From IMG/VR virus record IMGVR_UViG_2824993554_000003, positions 1 through 64,000 of that record: 64,000 nucleotides of DNA; one strand, written 5' to 3'. The notes under the pieces are model-generated. The model ran no database searches and was not told the origin of the DNA. It saw only the letters and a list, made by a program, of their open reading frames with translations. The DNA is from a virus. Taxonomy: Duplodnaviria; Caudoviricetes. Both the position numbers and the translations under genes were made by a program. Positions 9,299 to 17,748 of the stretch are shown in pieces; positions within the stretch are counted from its first letter, which is position 1; every line of letters starts with the position of its first letter.

Positions 9299-9444
9299 CA
9301 GCGGTCCCCCTTCACACGCTTGACCTTCTTGATGATGCCGTCGTGCTGGTCTCCGGCGGCCTTGGTGGCGGCCTTGGTGTCGGCGGCGGTGACGTCGAGC
9401 TTGGTGCCGTCTTCGAAGTGGACGCGGAAGAGCGTGTCAGCCAT
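9298..9444 (-). CDS. Small hypothetical protein (48 aa, not in the ORF track)
   Basis: GGAGG RBS, MADTLFRVHFEDGTKLDV..., TGATG coupling. Confidence 0.6.
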   Translation of the reverse strand: MADTLFRVHFEDGTKLDVTAADTKAATKAAGDQHDGIIKKVKRVKGDR

Positions 9445-9706
9445 GGGCGGCCTCCGGCGGGTAACCGGCGTGGACGTTGATCGCGAGCACCAGCAGCGTG
9501 GCGATGTCGGTGACCTCGGCGTCAGGGCGCTCGCGGTCTTTGTCGATGACGAAAATCATGTTGCCGTCGGCATCGACGATCGTGCCGCAGTGGGTGGTGT
9601 CGTGGCGGAGCGGCAGGCGGATATCGAGGCCGGAAAGGGCCGCGGTGAAGAGCGTCGATGCGGTGACGGCTGCGCGCGGCAGCTGGGCGAGGGCGCTAGT
9701 GGCCAT
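9437..9706 (-). CDS. Hypothetical protein
   Basis: RBS plus coupled ORF. Confidence 0.65.
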   Translation of the reverse strand: MATSALAQLPRAAVTASTLFTAALSGLDIRLPLRHDTTHCGTIVDADGNMIFVIDKDRERPDAEVTDIATLLVLAINVHAGYPPEAAHG

Positions 9707-10043
9707 GGTGGCTTCCTTCCCGTTCGGCGATCGTCTTGGCGGCGGCATTGCGCAGCGGCCGGTCGTCGGTGCGGCAGCCCCTGGCGTCGATGACCGAGAT
9801 CAGGGCGTGGCACATGCTGATGACGACCTCGTCGCTGACGAGGTCGGATGTGTCGCCCTGATCGAGCAGGATGACATTGGCGGCGTTCAGCTCCAGATTG
9901 GCAGAGGCCATGTTCTCCAGGGCCTTGGCGATGTAGTCGCGGCACCTGGCGTTCATCTCTGCCGTCACCATGTCGTCGATATCGCTGACGAGGCGCAGCG
10001 CCGGGCGCGGGCCGCGTGCGGGGAAATGCACGATCTCTGCCAT
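9696..10043 (-). CDS. Hypothetical protein
   Basis: GGAGG RBS, starts MAEIVHFP. Confidence 0.65.
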   Translation of the reverse strand: MAEIVHFPARGPRPALRLVSDIDDMVTAEMNARCRDYIAKALENMASANLELNAANVILLDQGDTSDLVSDEVVISMCHALISVIDARGCRTDDRPLRNAAAKTIAEREGSHHGH

Positions 10044-10044
10044 G

Positions 10045-10305
10045 TCAAAAGCCCTCCAGGGCGTGAAACTGGGCGCGGTATTCGGCCCATTCGGGATAGT
10101 CGCGATTGAGGGCGGCATGCTCGCCGTCGACGAAGAGGCGAAGGAAATTTCTCTGCCGGAAGAGATTGAGGCCGAGCGCGAACTCGATCGCGGCGGTGAT
10201 ATCCTTTTCGCGCCGGCCATCCCTTCGGACGAGCCAGAGAAGGACACCGATAATGACGGCGGCCTCCGCGATGGCGACGATCAGTGCGGCGAAGAGCCAG
10301 GTCAT
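10045..10305 (-). CDS. Small membrane-anchored protein
   Basis: N-terminal hydrophobic helix. Confidence 0.65.
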   Translation of the reverse strand: MTWLFAALIVAIAEAAVIIGVLLWLVRRDGRREKDITAAIEFALGLNLFRQRNFLRLFVDGEHAALNRDYPEWAEYRAQFHALEGF

Positions 10306-10308
10306 GGG

Positions 10309-10506
10309 TTACATCTGCGCCGCGAAGCAGAAAGCGAACACGAAGGCGGCGAGGAGCAGCAGCGCCGCTTCGGCGCGGCGCTGGGTCTTCACCCGCATGC
10401 GCATGCTGTCCAGCATCCGCTCTTCGAGATCGCGGCAGCTGTCATCGGAGGTCAGCATGTCGGCCAGGCTCATGCGCGCCGGCAGAAAAGGTGTGAAATG
10501 GTTCAT
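10309..10506 (-). CDS. Small protein with C-terminal TM helix
   Basis: AALLLLAAFVFAFCFAA. Confidence 0.6.
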   Translation of the reverse strand: MNHFTPFLPARMSLADMLTSDDSCRDLEERMLDSMRMRVKTQRRAEAALLLLAAFVFAFCFAAQM

Positions 10507-10596
10507 GGGAGTGCCCTTTGCATCCGTTTGGGAGACCGCCCCGTTTCCTGGCCGGGGCGGAGACCGAAACCGGATCCTCGGCTCAAGGCCGAGGAC

Positions 10597-10791
10597 TTAG
10601 GCGGCGGCCGCAAACTCGTCGCTGCGAAGCTGCTCGGCGACGGCGGGCGCCAGCGTTTCGATCTGCTCTTTGGTGAAGCCGGCGCGGATGAGATCGGTTT
10701 CGGTCTGGGCACCGCGCTCGCGGTAGAGATCCAGCATCTCCGTCTTGATGTCGCGGACAGGCGCGGCTGGTGTCTTGGACTTGGCTTTCAT
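10597..10791 (-). CDS. First gene of the leftward operon, 64 aa
   Basis: AAGGAG RBS; ends DEFAAAA. Confidence 0.65.
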   Translation of the reverse strand: MKAKSKTPAAPVRDIKTEMLDLYRERGAQTETDLIRAGFTKEQIETLAPAVAEQLRSDEFAAAA

Positions 10792-10906
10792 TATGCGCTC
10801 CTTGAGCCTCCCTTCTCCTACGCGGCCGCCGCTTCTCGTGAAGGTAGGACGCGGCGGCCGGAGTTGCGGTCGTCCGGATAGGGAGGAGGTCACCGGACGG
10901 ACATAT

Positions 10907-10946
10907 GAAAAGCACAGCTTTCAAATCAATACAAGCAAAACTTTCA
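10907..10946. promoter_or_regulatory. Two putative left operators
   Basis: GAAAAG-N5-CTTTCA (10907) and TACAAG-N5-CTTTCA (10930) match the sites between cI and cro. Confidence 0.65.
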
Positions 10947-10999
10947 ATCTGGATTTTACGGAAACGACTCGACTCGTCGAAAAAAAGAATCAATTATGA

Positions 11000-11014
11000 G
11001 AACAGAAAAAGAAC
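11000..11014 (+). promoter_or_regulatory. LexA (SOS) box, alphaproteobacterial type
   Basis: GAAC-AGAAAAA-GAAC, 12 bp upstream of the ATG at 11027. Confidence 0.8.
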
Positions 11015-11026
11015 AGGGAGATTGTC

Positions 11027-11311
11027 ATGCGAAGCGAACCCTGCTTGGGCGACGCGAGTAATCTGGCGATTGAATGCAGAGACTGTGGGCATACGCGCTG
11101 GCGCAGGCCGACAGAACTTTATCGCTCTGGCTTTGAGCCCAGCGCAGGTATTGCCGATGTGGGAAAACGCCTGTTTTGCTCGGTGTGCCGAGAGGCGGGC
11201 CTGCCCGCCAAGAACATCGCGATCGATGTGATGTTTCAGACCGAAGAGGGGCGGCGCGAAGCTGACCTATATCGTCTATCTAGAAGCCCAGCAGTTCGCG
11301 CTGTGGGATAA
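11027..11311 (+). CDS. Zn-ribbon protein, probably SOS-controlled
   Basis: CRDC...CSVC, GGGAG RBS, LexA box. Confidence 0.75.
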   Translation: MRSEPCLGDASNLAIECRDCGHTRWRRPTELYRSGFEPSAGIADVGKRLFCSVCREAGLPAKNIAIDVMFQTEEGRREADLYRLSRSPAVRAVG

Positions 11312-11972
11312 TGCGCCACATGTTTTTCAGCGAGTAAACGCTGAAGGTCACTATCTTTGGCGGATTGTATTGCTCGCAAACCAGCTCGGTCTTGGTTCTG
11401 GTGACCAGTTTCTTCACATAGGCTTTGCCTGCCGTCTCACCCTCTTCAGGATGCATCTCAATCAACACGTGGTCGCCTGGAATTGGCGCCCGTCCCCCGC
11501 AATAGAGCAGTTCGCCGGGGTCGTATCTCGGAACCATGCTTGTGCTCAAAATGTGGATCGCAAAGACATTCGTCAGATTTGTAATGCCAGGAGGGCGTCT
11601 GGCTCGGTCGGTGGCCTGGCCATTAAGCGAGAAATCTCCGTCATCCCCACCGACAGCTGATCCGAGTACCGGAACGTCCATTGGCCCGACATCCGGATTG
11701 AACGTGCCGGTGACGATTTCGGCGTCATTTCGCGGAGAGCTGTCACGCGGGGACACTTCGCCACGACCGAGTGCTGTGGCGTCAACCCCAAGAAATTCGG
11801 CGACCTTAAACAGATTTTCTGTGGACGGCAGGTTCTCGCCGCGTTCCCAGTTCCCAACGGCGACAACGCTGGTCTCCAGCGCAGCGGCAATGGCTTGCAT
11901 CGGCAAGCCTTTTTGCTTCCTCGCGCTCCTGATCGCGACACCAACCGCCGCTGCTTTCGAACTCTTCGCCAT
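11280..11972 (-). CDS. CI-like repressor (XRE HTH plus S24 peptidase)
   Basis: IRSARKQKG..NWERGENLP HTH; SMVPRY and YVKKL catalytic Ser/Lys; divergent from cro. Confidence 0.92.
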   Translation of the reverse strand: MAKSSKAAAVGVAIRSARKQKGLPMQAIAAALETSVVAVGNWERGENLPSTENLFKVAEFLGVDATALGRGEVSPRDSSPRNDAEIVTGTFNPDVGPMDVPVLGSAVGGDDGDFSLNGQATDRARRPPGITNLTNVFAIHILSTSMVPRYDPGELLYCGGRAPIPGDHVLIEMHPEEGETAGKAYVKKLVTRTKTELVCEQYNPPKIVTFSVYSLKNMWRIIPQRELLGF

Positions 11973-11981
11973 AGGGGAACT

Positions 11982-12047
11982 TGTAAGCGATACTTTCAAA
12001 AGGTCCATGTAAGAGTACCTTGCATTAAAATTAAAGTTATGCTTTCT
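11982..12047. promoter_or_regulatory. Three putative right operators and divergent promoters
   Basis: TGTAAG-N5-CTTTCA (11982), TGTAAG-N5-CTTGCA (12008), TTAAAG-N5-CTTTCT (12031) in an AT-rich spacer. Confidence 0.7.
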
Positions 12048-12055
12048 ATCGCAGC

Positions 12056-12283
12056 ATGGAACGCGAAGAAGCCTGTATGGAAGCACTGAATGAAGCCCGC
12101 AACGTCGCCGGAGGCTCAAGCGCACTTGCGCGCGGTCTCGGGCTGACGCCCCAAGCTGTCCTGCAATGGAAAGCTGTCCCAGCGGAGCGCGTGCTCGAAG
12201 TCGAGAAGATCTCGGGCGTCTCGCGGTACCGGCTCCGTCCGGATGTTTTCGGCGCGCCTCCTGATTCGGAGGCTGCTGCATGA
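12056..12283 (+). CDS. Cro-like (YdaS-type) regulator
   Basis: GGSSALARGLGLTPQAVLQW..VPAERV..LRPDVF. Confidence 0.9.
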   Translation: MEREEACMEALNEARNVAGGSSALARGLGLTPQAVLQWKAVPAERVLEVEKISGVSRYRLRPDVFGAPPDSEAAA

Positions 12284-12450
12284 CGAACCTTCTTTTGTCA
12301 GTCCTGATCGTTCTCACGTCAATCCCGATCGCAAGCGGCATCGCCCGACGCAGACGCAACGAAGCCAAGCTGCGGGCGAGCCGCCGGCAGGCAGTTTTGC
12401 GCAAGCACTGCCGTCGGTTCGTGGATGGCTATCGACGAGGTGCGCCGTGA
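12280..12450 (+). CDS. Small membrane-anchored basic protein (56 aa, not in the ORF track)
   Basis: ATGA overlap with the cro stop; MTNLLLSVLIVLTSIPIASGIARRRR. Confidence 0.5.
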   Translation: MTNLLLSVLIVLTSIPIASGIARRRRNEAKLRASRRQAVLRKHCRRFVDGYRRGAP

Positions 12451-12452
12451 AG

Positions 12453-12722
12453 TCAGGATTGCGACATTTCGGTCAGTGCCTTGATGGCTTCCTGCGCCCC
12501 TTCTTGGAGCTGGGAGAGGTAATCCCATTTTTCCATGTCGCTGGCCGCCATGGCATCCATAGCGTCGTCGGTCAGGGACGCGGCAAGGCCGCCAACCTCC
12601 GTCAGGAGCGCATTGCGCTCGACGGATTGCTTCAGCAGTCCAGCGACGAGGACTTGAAGGACCATGATGGCGCCCGCCATGCGGCCGTCCAGCGGATAAG
12701 AATTCATAAAGATGTGCTCCAT
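12453..12722 (-). CDS. Hypothetical protein opposite to the rightward operon
   Basis: 89-aa helical-looking ORF. Confidence 0.5.
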   Translation of the reverse strand: MEHIFMNSYPLDGRMAGAIMVLQVLVAGLLKQSVERNALLTEVGGLAASLTDDAMDAMAASDMEKWDYLSQLQEGAQEAIKALTEMSQS

Positions 12723-13072
12723 GTGTCTGACAACTCATCGGAGCATCGTGCGCGCTGCGGGTCAAGAGCCTGCGGCGACGCAACAAACCGGGATGCAGAA
12801 CGCCTTCTGCATCCCGGAAACATTCCATCCCAGCAGCGCGACGCATGTAGCCATCGCCGCGCCGCCTCGCGCCGGACGGGCGGACCCCTGACGTCCGGCG
12901 CGCCTTCTCTTTGCGGCTTTGCCGCTTTGTATCAGTCGCACATCCAGTCATGCGGTCCCCCGTGATCTCTTGACGGCTTGAGTTCTCACATTTCCGAACC
13001 GTTCCCGCCACGGGAATAACCCGCCGGAATTCCCGGCGCGGGAAACTGTTTTTGTTTTCTGGAGTCAAGGAC

Positions 13073-13561
13073 ATGGACGCATTTCTCTACCGCATCAAAG
13101 CGGCCCAGAGGGACCTGATCGAGCGCTGCGGCGGCATCATGCGCGTCGTCGAAAAGTCCGGCTATTCGAAGAGCGAGGTTGGCCGCTGGAACAACGGCTC
13201 GGAGCCAGACCTGATGCCTGTCGGCGCGATCGCAATGCTGGAGCGCGATTGCGGCCAAGCGCTGGTGACGGCGGTGCTCGCCGAGACGAACGGCCGGCGG
13301 CTGACGGACCCGGACGAAGCGCGCAAGGCCGAGATCAATGTGCTGACCAGCCATGCTGAACTGATGCGGCATTCCGCCGAGGTCGCCAACGCCATTGCGA
13401 TGGCGATCAGCGACGGCCAGGTAACGCCGGCCGAGGCGACGACGGTCGACCGGCTGGCGAGGGGGCTGGAGCAGGCGGCTTCCGATCTCAGGCAGGCGCT
13501 CGCCGTGATCAAGGCTTCGGGCGGCGCGAAGGCCGGCCTCAAGATTGTGGGCGGCGAATGA
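13073..13561 (+). CDS. CII-like phage regulatory protein
   Basis: Position after cro; N-terminal HTH-like region, AISDGQVTPAEA motif. Confidence 0.7.
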   Translation: MDAFLYRIKAAQRDLIERCGGIMRVVEKSGYSKSEVGRWNNGSEPDLMPVGAIAMLERDCGQALVTAVLAETNGRRLTDPDEARKAEINVLTSHAELMRHSAEVANAIAMAISDGQVTPAEATTVDRLARGLEQAASDLRQALAVIKASGGAKAGLKIVGGE

Positions 13562-13794
13562 TGCGGGTGACCGAACCGGGGCTCAATCGCGACGGCCGCG
13601 TCCTGCTCTATCGGGCGGCGCGGTTTTACGCGCGCCACGGCCGCGCCTTTCCGCTGACGCTCGACAGGGACAGGCACGGCGTCGAGACGGCGCTCGCCGG
13701 CGGCTATGTCGAGCACCTTCCCGGCGACCCGCAGTTTGTGACCGTGACCGACAAGGGGCGCGGCTATCTCGACGCTTTGATGAGGGCTGAATGA
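13558..13794 (+). CDS. Small winged-helix-like protein
   Basis: VTVTDKGRGYL motif; coupled. Confidence 0.6.
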   Translation: MMRVTEPGLNRDGRVLLYRAARFYARHGRAFPLTLDRDRHGVETALAGGYVEHLPGDPQFVTVTDKGRGYLDALMRAE

Positions 13795-13862
13795 CCGTGC
13801 CGCAAGGCGGCACGGGATGATTGGGCAGGATCCGCGCGGCGGATTTTTACGAGGGGACTACC

Positions 13863-14312
13863 ATGGGATTCAGCATGATCGTGCCGGCGCCGAAGGCGAA
13901 GACGGGCACATTCAAGATTTCGACGGTCTCGATGCGCGGCAGCCCTTTCCGACTGCAGATCAGCATCCCGGCCGCGCTCTTCACGCTGCTGTTCAAGCAG
14001 GCCGAGCGGTTCGACCTGCTTGTCGGCGAGAATGGCGACAAGGGCAAGCTGATGCTCAAGCCCAGTGACGCCGGGCATTTCAAGCCGACCTTCATGAAGC
14101 ATACCGTCATCTTCCGCCTGCCCGAAACAGCCTGGACGCCGCAGATCGCACTTGCCGCTGAAGATCCGAAGCGGCGCGAGGTCGAGGGGGGGGCAATCGT
14201 CATCGATCTGCCTGACTGGATGGAAGAGGAGCGCTGGAAAGCCATCCAGAAGGCCAGGTTGCAGGTTACGCGGGAACGCGAAACTTCGTCGCTGCGGGGT
14301 GCTGCTAAGTGA
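13863..14312 (+). CDS. Hypothetical protein
   Basis: GAGGGG RBS plus ORF. Confidence 0.7.
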   Translation: MGFSMIVPAPKAKTGTFKISTVSMRGSPFRLQISIPAALFTLLFKQAERFDLLVGENGDKGKLMLKPSDAGHFKPTFMKHTVIFRLPETAWTPQIALAAEDPKRREVEGGAIVIDLPDWMEEERWKAIQKARLQVTRERETSSLRGAAK

Positions 14313-14521
14313 ACGCGCGCACGGCGATCGACAGCCGCCGTAGCACCGCGGCCCGCATGCTGGAAGCGGCCGAGCGCGACGGCGTCGTCATCGATCGCAC
14401 GCCGCAAGAGCGGCAGGCCTGCCTGCGGCTGAACGGCCATGGGCTACTGCGGCGCGACCGCAAGCTCGCCTCGCGCTGGTATCCGGTAGCGGCGGCGCAG
14501 CGTGGCGAGGTTTCGATATGA
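14309..14521 (+). CDS. Hypothetical protein
   Basis: GTGA coupling. Confidence 0.6.
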   Translation: MNARTAIDSRRSTAARMLEAAERDGVVIDRTPQERQACLRLNGHGLLRRDRKLASRWYPVAAAQRGEVSI

Positions 14522-15255
14522 ACGCGATTGCGCCGGCCCTGAAAACCTCTGATCTCGCCGATACCGTCAATCGCGCGCGGCAGCTCCTGAACGAAGGAGA
14601 CTATCGGGCGGCGCTTATGCTGTCCGGCGCGGCATACGACCAGGCCCGGGCAGCTGCCAATTTCGCTTCGCGTATGAAAGCAAGCGACGCTCTGGTTTCC
14701 AAAGCGCGAACGCTGCAGGCGGATGCCATTCTTATCGAAGCCGGAGCGAAAATCGCTCTAGCCGAGGATTATGACCGCGCCGTCAGGGAAGGCCAGATGG
14801 CTCCCACTGGGCGTCCGCGTAAAGAAGCTGGCGATCTTCCAACGCTCTCCGATGTCGGCCTGTCGAACAAGGTCGTATTCGAAGCCCGTCAGCTGCGTCG
14901 CGCCGAAGGTCTCCACCCTGGATTTGTGAGCCGCTGCATTCAAGATCGTCTGGAAGCTGGCCTCGAGCCAAGCCGAGCTGGACTACGCCGTGCGATTGAG
15001 AGGCAGGTTGACGCTGGGCGTGATCCGGATGAGGCGCCGAAAGAGGCGCGACTGATGCTTCGCGCGACCGGGGATTGCCTGGGTGACCTTCATTGGTACG
15101 AGCTCGACGAAATCATGCGCAATCTTCGCGGAGATCTCTTCGCCCTGGAAGCAGTGATTTCTCATTCGGTCCCTTCTGACCCCAGCCAGAGGATCGGCGA
15201 AACGTTCTCTGACGTCCAACTCCGCGAGATCATTGAGCGAAGGGCGCAGAAATGA
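14518..15255 (+). CDS. Paralog of the N-terminal domain of the downstream MTase
   Basis: Clear alignment by eye to the first ~155 aa of 15252..16709. Confidence 0.75.
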   Translation: MNAIAPALKTSDLADTVNRARQLLNEGDYRAALMLSGAAYDQARAAANFASRMKASDALVSKARTLQADAILIEAGAKIALAEDYDRAVREGQMAPTGRPRKEAGDLPTLSDVGLSNKVVFEARQLRRAEGLHPGFVSRCIQDRLEAGLEPSRAGLRRAIERQVDAGRDPDEAPKEARLMLRATGDCLGDLHWYELDEIMRNLRGDLFALEAVISHSVPSDPSQRIGETFSDVQLREIIERRAQK

Positions 15256-16709
15256 CCGCTGTGGAAATTGTCCGTGCCGATGCATCCGATCTCGTCGCAA
15301 CCGTGGAGCGCGCGCGCCAGCTACTCGATGATGGTGACGTCATGGCAGCGCGCATGATCGCGTCAGCGGCATATGCCGAAGCAAAAGCCGCTGCTGGCTT
15401 CGCCAAACAGTTTGGTGCGGCGGAGCAGTTGGTGGCGAAAGCGCGGCGGCTGCAAGCTGATGCCCTGCTGATAGAGGCGCGCGCGAAAATCAAAATAGCC
15501 GACGCGTGGGACGAGGCCGCCGGTAAAGGCAAGGTCCATCGTGGGCGTCCAAAAAGCGTCGCAGATGACAACGCTTTTACCGCTGAGCAAGCCGGTCTTT
15601 CGCGCCATGAGATTCACGAAGCCCGCAAGCTGCGCGACGCCGAGGTAAAGCAACCGGGTCTCGTCGAGCGGGCGATCGAAGCGCGCCTGGCGCAGGGATT
15701 TGAGCCCAGCCGCGCCAACCTGCGCGCCGCCGTCGGCACGGCCTCGGCCAGCAAGGAAGATCGCGGCGACAATTTCTATCAGACCCCGATCGAGGCGACG
15801 CGGACGCTGCTCGCCTACGAGAGTTTTTCGGGCACGGTCTGGGAACCGTCCTGCGGGCTCGGCGCGATTTCGCGGGTGCTGGAGGCGGCAGGGTACGAGG
15901 TAGTGATCTCCGACCTCGTCGAACGTGGCACGGTGACCCAGCATGGCGAGCTGCAGACGGTCGGCGATTTCCTCACGACAGCGCCCGCCGAGGCAGGCGA
16001 GGGGCCTGACATCGTCACCAACCCGCCCTATGGCGAAGTGCTGAACGATTACGTCGCGCATGCGCTGCGCGTCCACCGGCCGCGCAAGATGGCGCTGCTG
16101 CTCAATCTCAACTTCCTCTGCGGCTTCGACGACGACGACCGCAACTTCGTCATGGACGAGAACCCGCCGGCACGCGTCTACGTGTTCAAGCGCCGCCTGC
16201 CGATGATGCATCGCGAGGGCTACGAGGGGCCGAAGGCGTCGAGCCGGATGAACACCGCCTGGTTCGTCTGGGAGCGGCAGGATGACGGCAGCTATGGCGA
16301 CACGACCGTCATCAAGCGCGTGGACTGGAAGGAATTCGAGGATGCCGAAGCTCTGCAGCCGGGCGCCGGCGGCAATATCGGCGATATCAACTTCGACGAG
16401 TTCAAGCGCGATACGCCGCGCAAGACGCTCGACGAGCGGGTCGAGGAAGTTGCTTCCAAGGCGCTGATCTGGTGCGCGGGCAAGGATGATTTCGACGCAA
16501 TAGAGCTGCGCCGTGCGATCGGCGTACGCCCCTCGACTGCGGAAGGCGCCATCCATTGGATGCTGGAAAAGCGGCTCATCGACCCGGCCGGCGAAAGCCG
16601 CTTCAGGGTGGCGCGCGACGGCTGGACCGCACTGAAGGCGACGGCGGCCGTCATCAATGACCCCAAGCTCTTCGAGCTGATCGAACAGATACAGGGGGTG
16701 GCGGCGTGA
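15252..16709 (+). CDS. Amino (N6A/N4C) DNA methyltransferase with long N-terminal domain
   Basis: FYQTP, WEPSCGLG (motif I), IVTNPPY (motif IV). Confidence 0.85.
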   Translation: MTAVEIVRADASDLVATVERARQLLDDGDVMAARMIASAAYAEAKAAAGFAKQFGAAEQLVAKARRLQADALLIEARAKIKIADAWDEAAGKGKVHRGRPKSVADDNAFTAEQAGLSRHEIHEARKLRDAEVKQPGLVERAIEARLAQGFEPSRANLRAAVGTASASKEDRGDNFYQTPIEATRTLLAYESFSGTVWEPSCGLGAISRVLEAAGYEVVISDLVERGTVTQHGELQTVGDFLTTAPAEAGEGPDIVTNPPYGEVLNDYVAHALRVHRPRKMALLLNLNFLCGFDDDDRNFVMDENPPARVYVFKRRLPMMHREGYEGPKASSRMNTAWFVWERQDDGSYGDTTVIKRVDWKEFEDAEALQPGAGGNIGDINFDEFKRDTPRKTLDERVEEVASKALIWCAGKDDFDAIELRRAIGVRPSTAEGAIHWMLEKRLIDPAGESRFRVARDGWTALKATAAVINDPKLFELIEQIQGVAA

Positions 16710-16996
16710 CGCCTGATTTCTCCCCGGCCATGCTCAAGAAGTTCCTCGCCCTTCGCGTTGCGATGATGGTGCGGCTCGACTTCCCGTCGCTGCCACGCAA
16801 CGGCGAGAAGGCCGCCCTTACCGATCTGCGCAAGCGCTCGCGCCTGACGCGTGAGGAGTTCGAGCTTGCCTGCAATGGCCGGCTGAAGGGTGGTGCGGCC
16901 CGGGCCAAGATCTGGGCGACGCTGTGGATCGACCCGGCGAGCCTCGGCATTCGCCTGACCGATGACGGCCGGCAGGAGGGTGGCGATGCAGCCTGA
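16706..16996 (+). CDS. Hypothetical protein
   Basis: Coupled ORF. Confidence 0.6.
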   Translation: MTPDFSPAMLKKFLALRVAMMVRLDFPSLPRNGEKAALTDLRKRSRLTREEFELACNGRLKGGAARAKIWATLWIDPASLGIRLTDDGRQEGGDAA

Positions 16997-17261
16997 AATC
17001 GACCGCGCCCGTTTTGCTCGCGATGTTCGCCAGTGGCTCGCCGACAATCGCCTAACGACACGCAGTGCACCGCAGATCTATGCCGGGCTCAACCCGGCGA
17101 TGATCTCGCGGGCCTGCCGCGAAAGCGTGCTTTCGGCGGCGAGCATGCTGGCGCTCTGCGCGGCAATGAAGCGCGATCCGACCGCCTACCTGACCTTCCT
17201 CGATAAGCGAAATCAAACTGTTACAGCAAGTGTTCACCGTGAAACAAGAGGTGCGGCATGA
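16986..17261 (+). CDS. Putative HTH protein
   Basis: GLNPAMISRAC..LSAASMLALC. Confidence 0.6.
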   Translation: MQPEIDRARFARDVRQWLADNRLTTRSAPQIYAGLNPAMISRACRESVLSAASMLALCAAMKRDPTAYLTFLDKRNQTVTASVHRETRGAA

Positions 17262-17458
17262 CCGTCGAACTGGGCAACTGGGTTCTGCCGCTCGGCGTGA
17301 CCGTCGTCGCTTTCGGTTTCGCACTGGCGCTGGTCAAGGCGGCCGACGTTCCGGGATACGGCCGAACGGTCAATTTGCTTTTCAATCTGCTGATCATGTC
17401 GCTGGCCTCGATCGCATCGCTCTCTTCCTTGCTCGTCTGGGCGGTGGTGATCCGATGA
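17258..17458 (+). CDS. Small two-TM membrane protein
   Basis: Two hydrophobic segments. Confidence 0.6.
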   Translation: MTVELGNWVLPLGVTVVAFGFALALVKAADVPGYGRTVNLLFNLLIMSLASIASLSSLLVWAVVIR

Positions 17459-17748
17459 GCGATGTGCTGCCGATCATAGAAGGGTCGCTGGGTGCCGGGC
17501 CATCCGACTGGGCGTCGTGGCTGCAGCGCTGCCCGCTCGGGATCATCCACCGCGAGCAGTCGACGATCCGCGCCATCCTGCAGCGGCACGGCTTTGGCCC
17601 TGGCATCGAGTACCTCGACGCCTTGCTCGCCTATTCGAACGCAACACGACTTGCCGACGGCGGTTTCCCGCCGACGGTCGTCATGCCCGTGCACATGGCC
17701 GCCGGCGCAATGAGGGAAGCGGCGCGTGCCGCTGAGGGGGAAGAATGA
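17455..17748 (+). CDS. Hypothetical protein
   Basis: ATGA coupling on both sides. Confidence 0.6.
   Translation: MSDVLPIIEGSLGAGPSDWASWLQRCPLGIIHREQSTIRAILQRHGFGPGIEYLDALLAYSNATRLADGGFPPTVVMPVHMAAGAMREAARAAEGEE

Noticed and set aside
8324-17261. Many early proteins ending in AA or AAE as degrons
   Set aside because: Most are explained by a G-rich RBS plus GCGGC-ATGA/GTGA translational coupling to the next gene.
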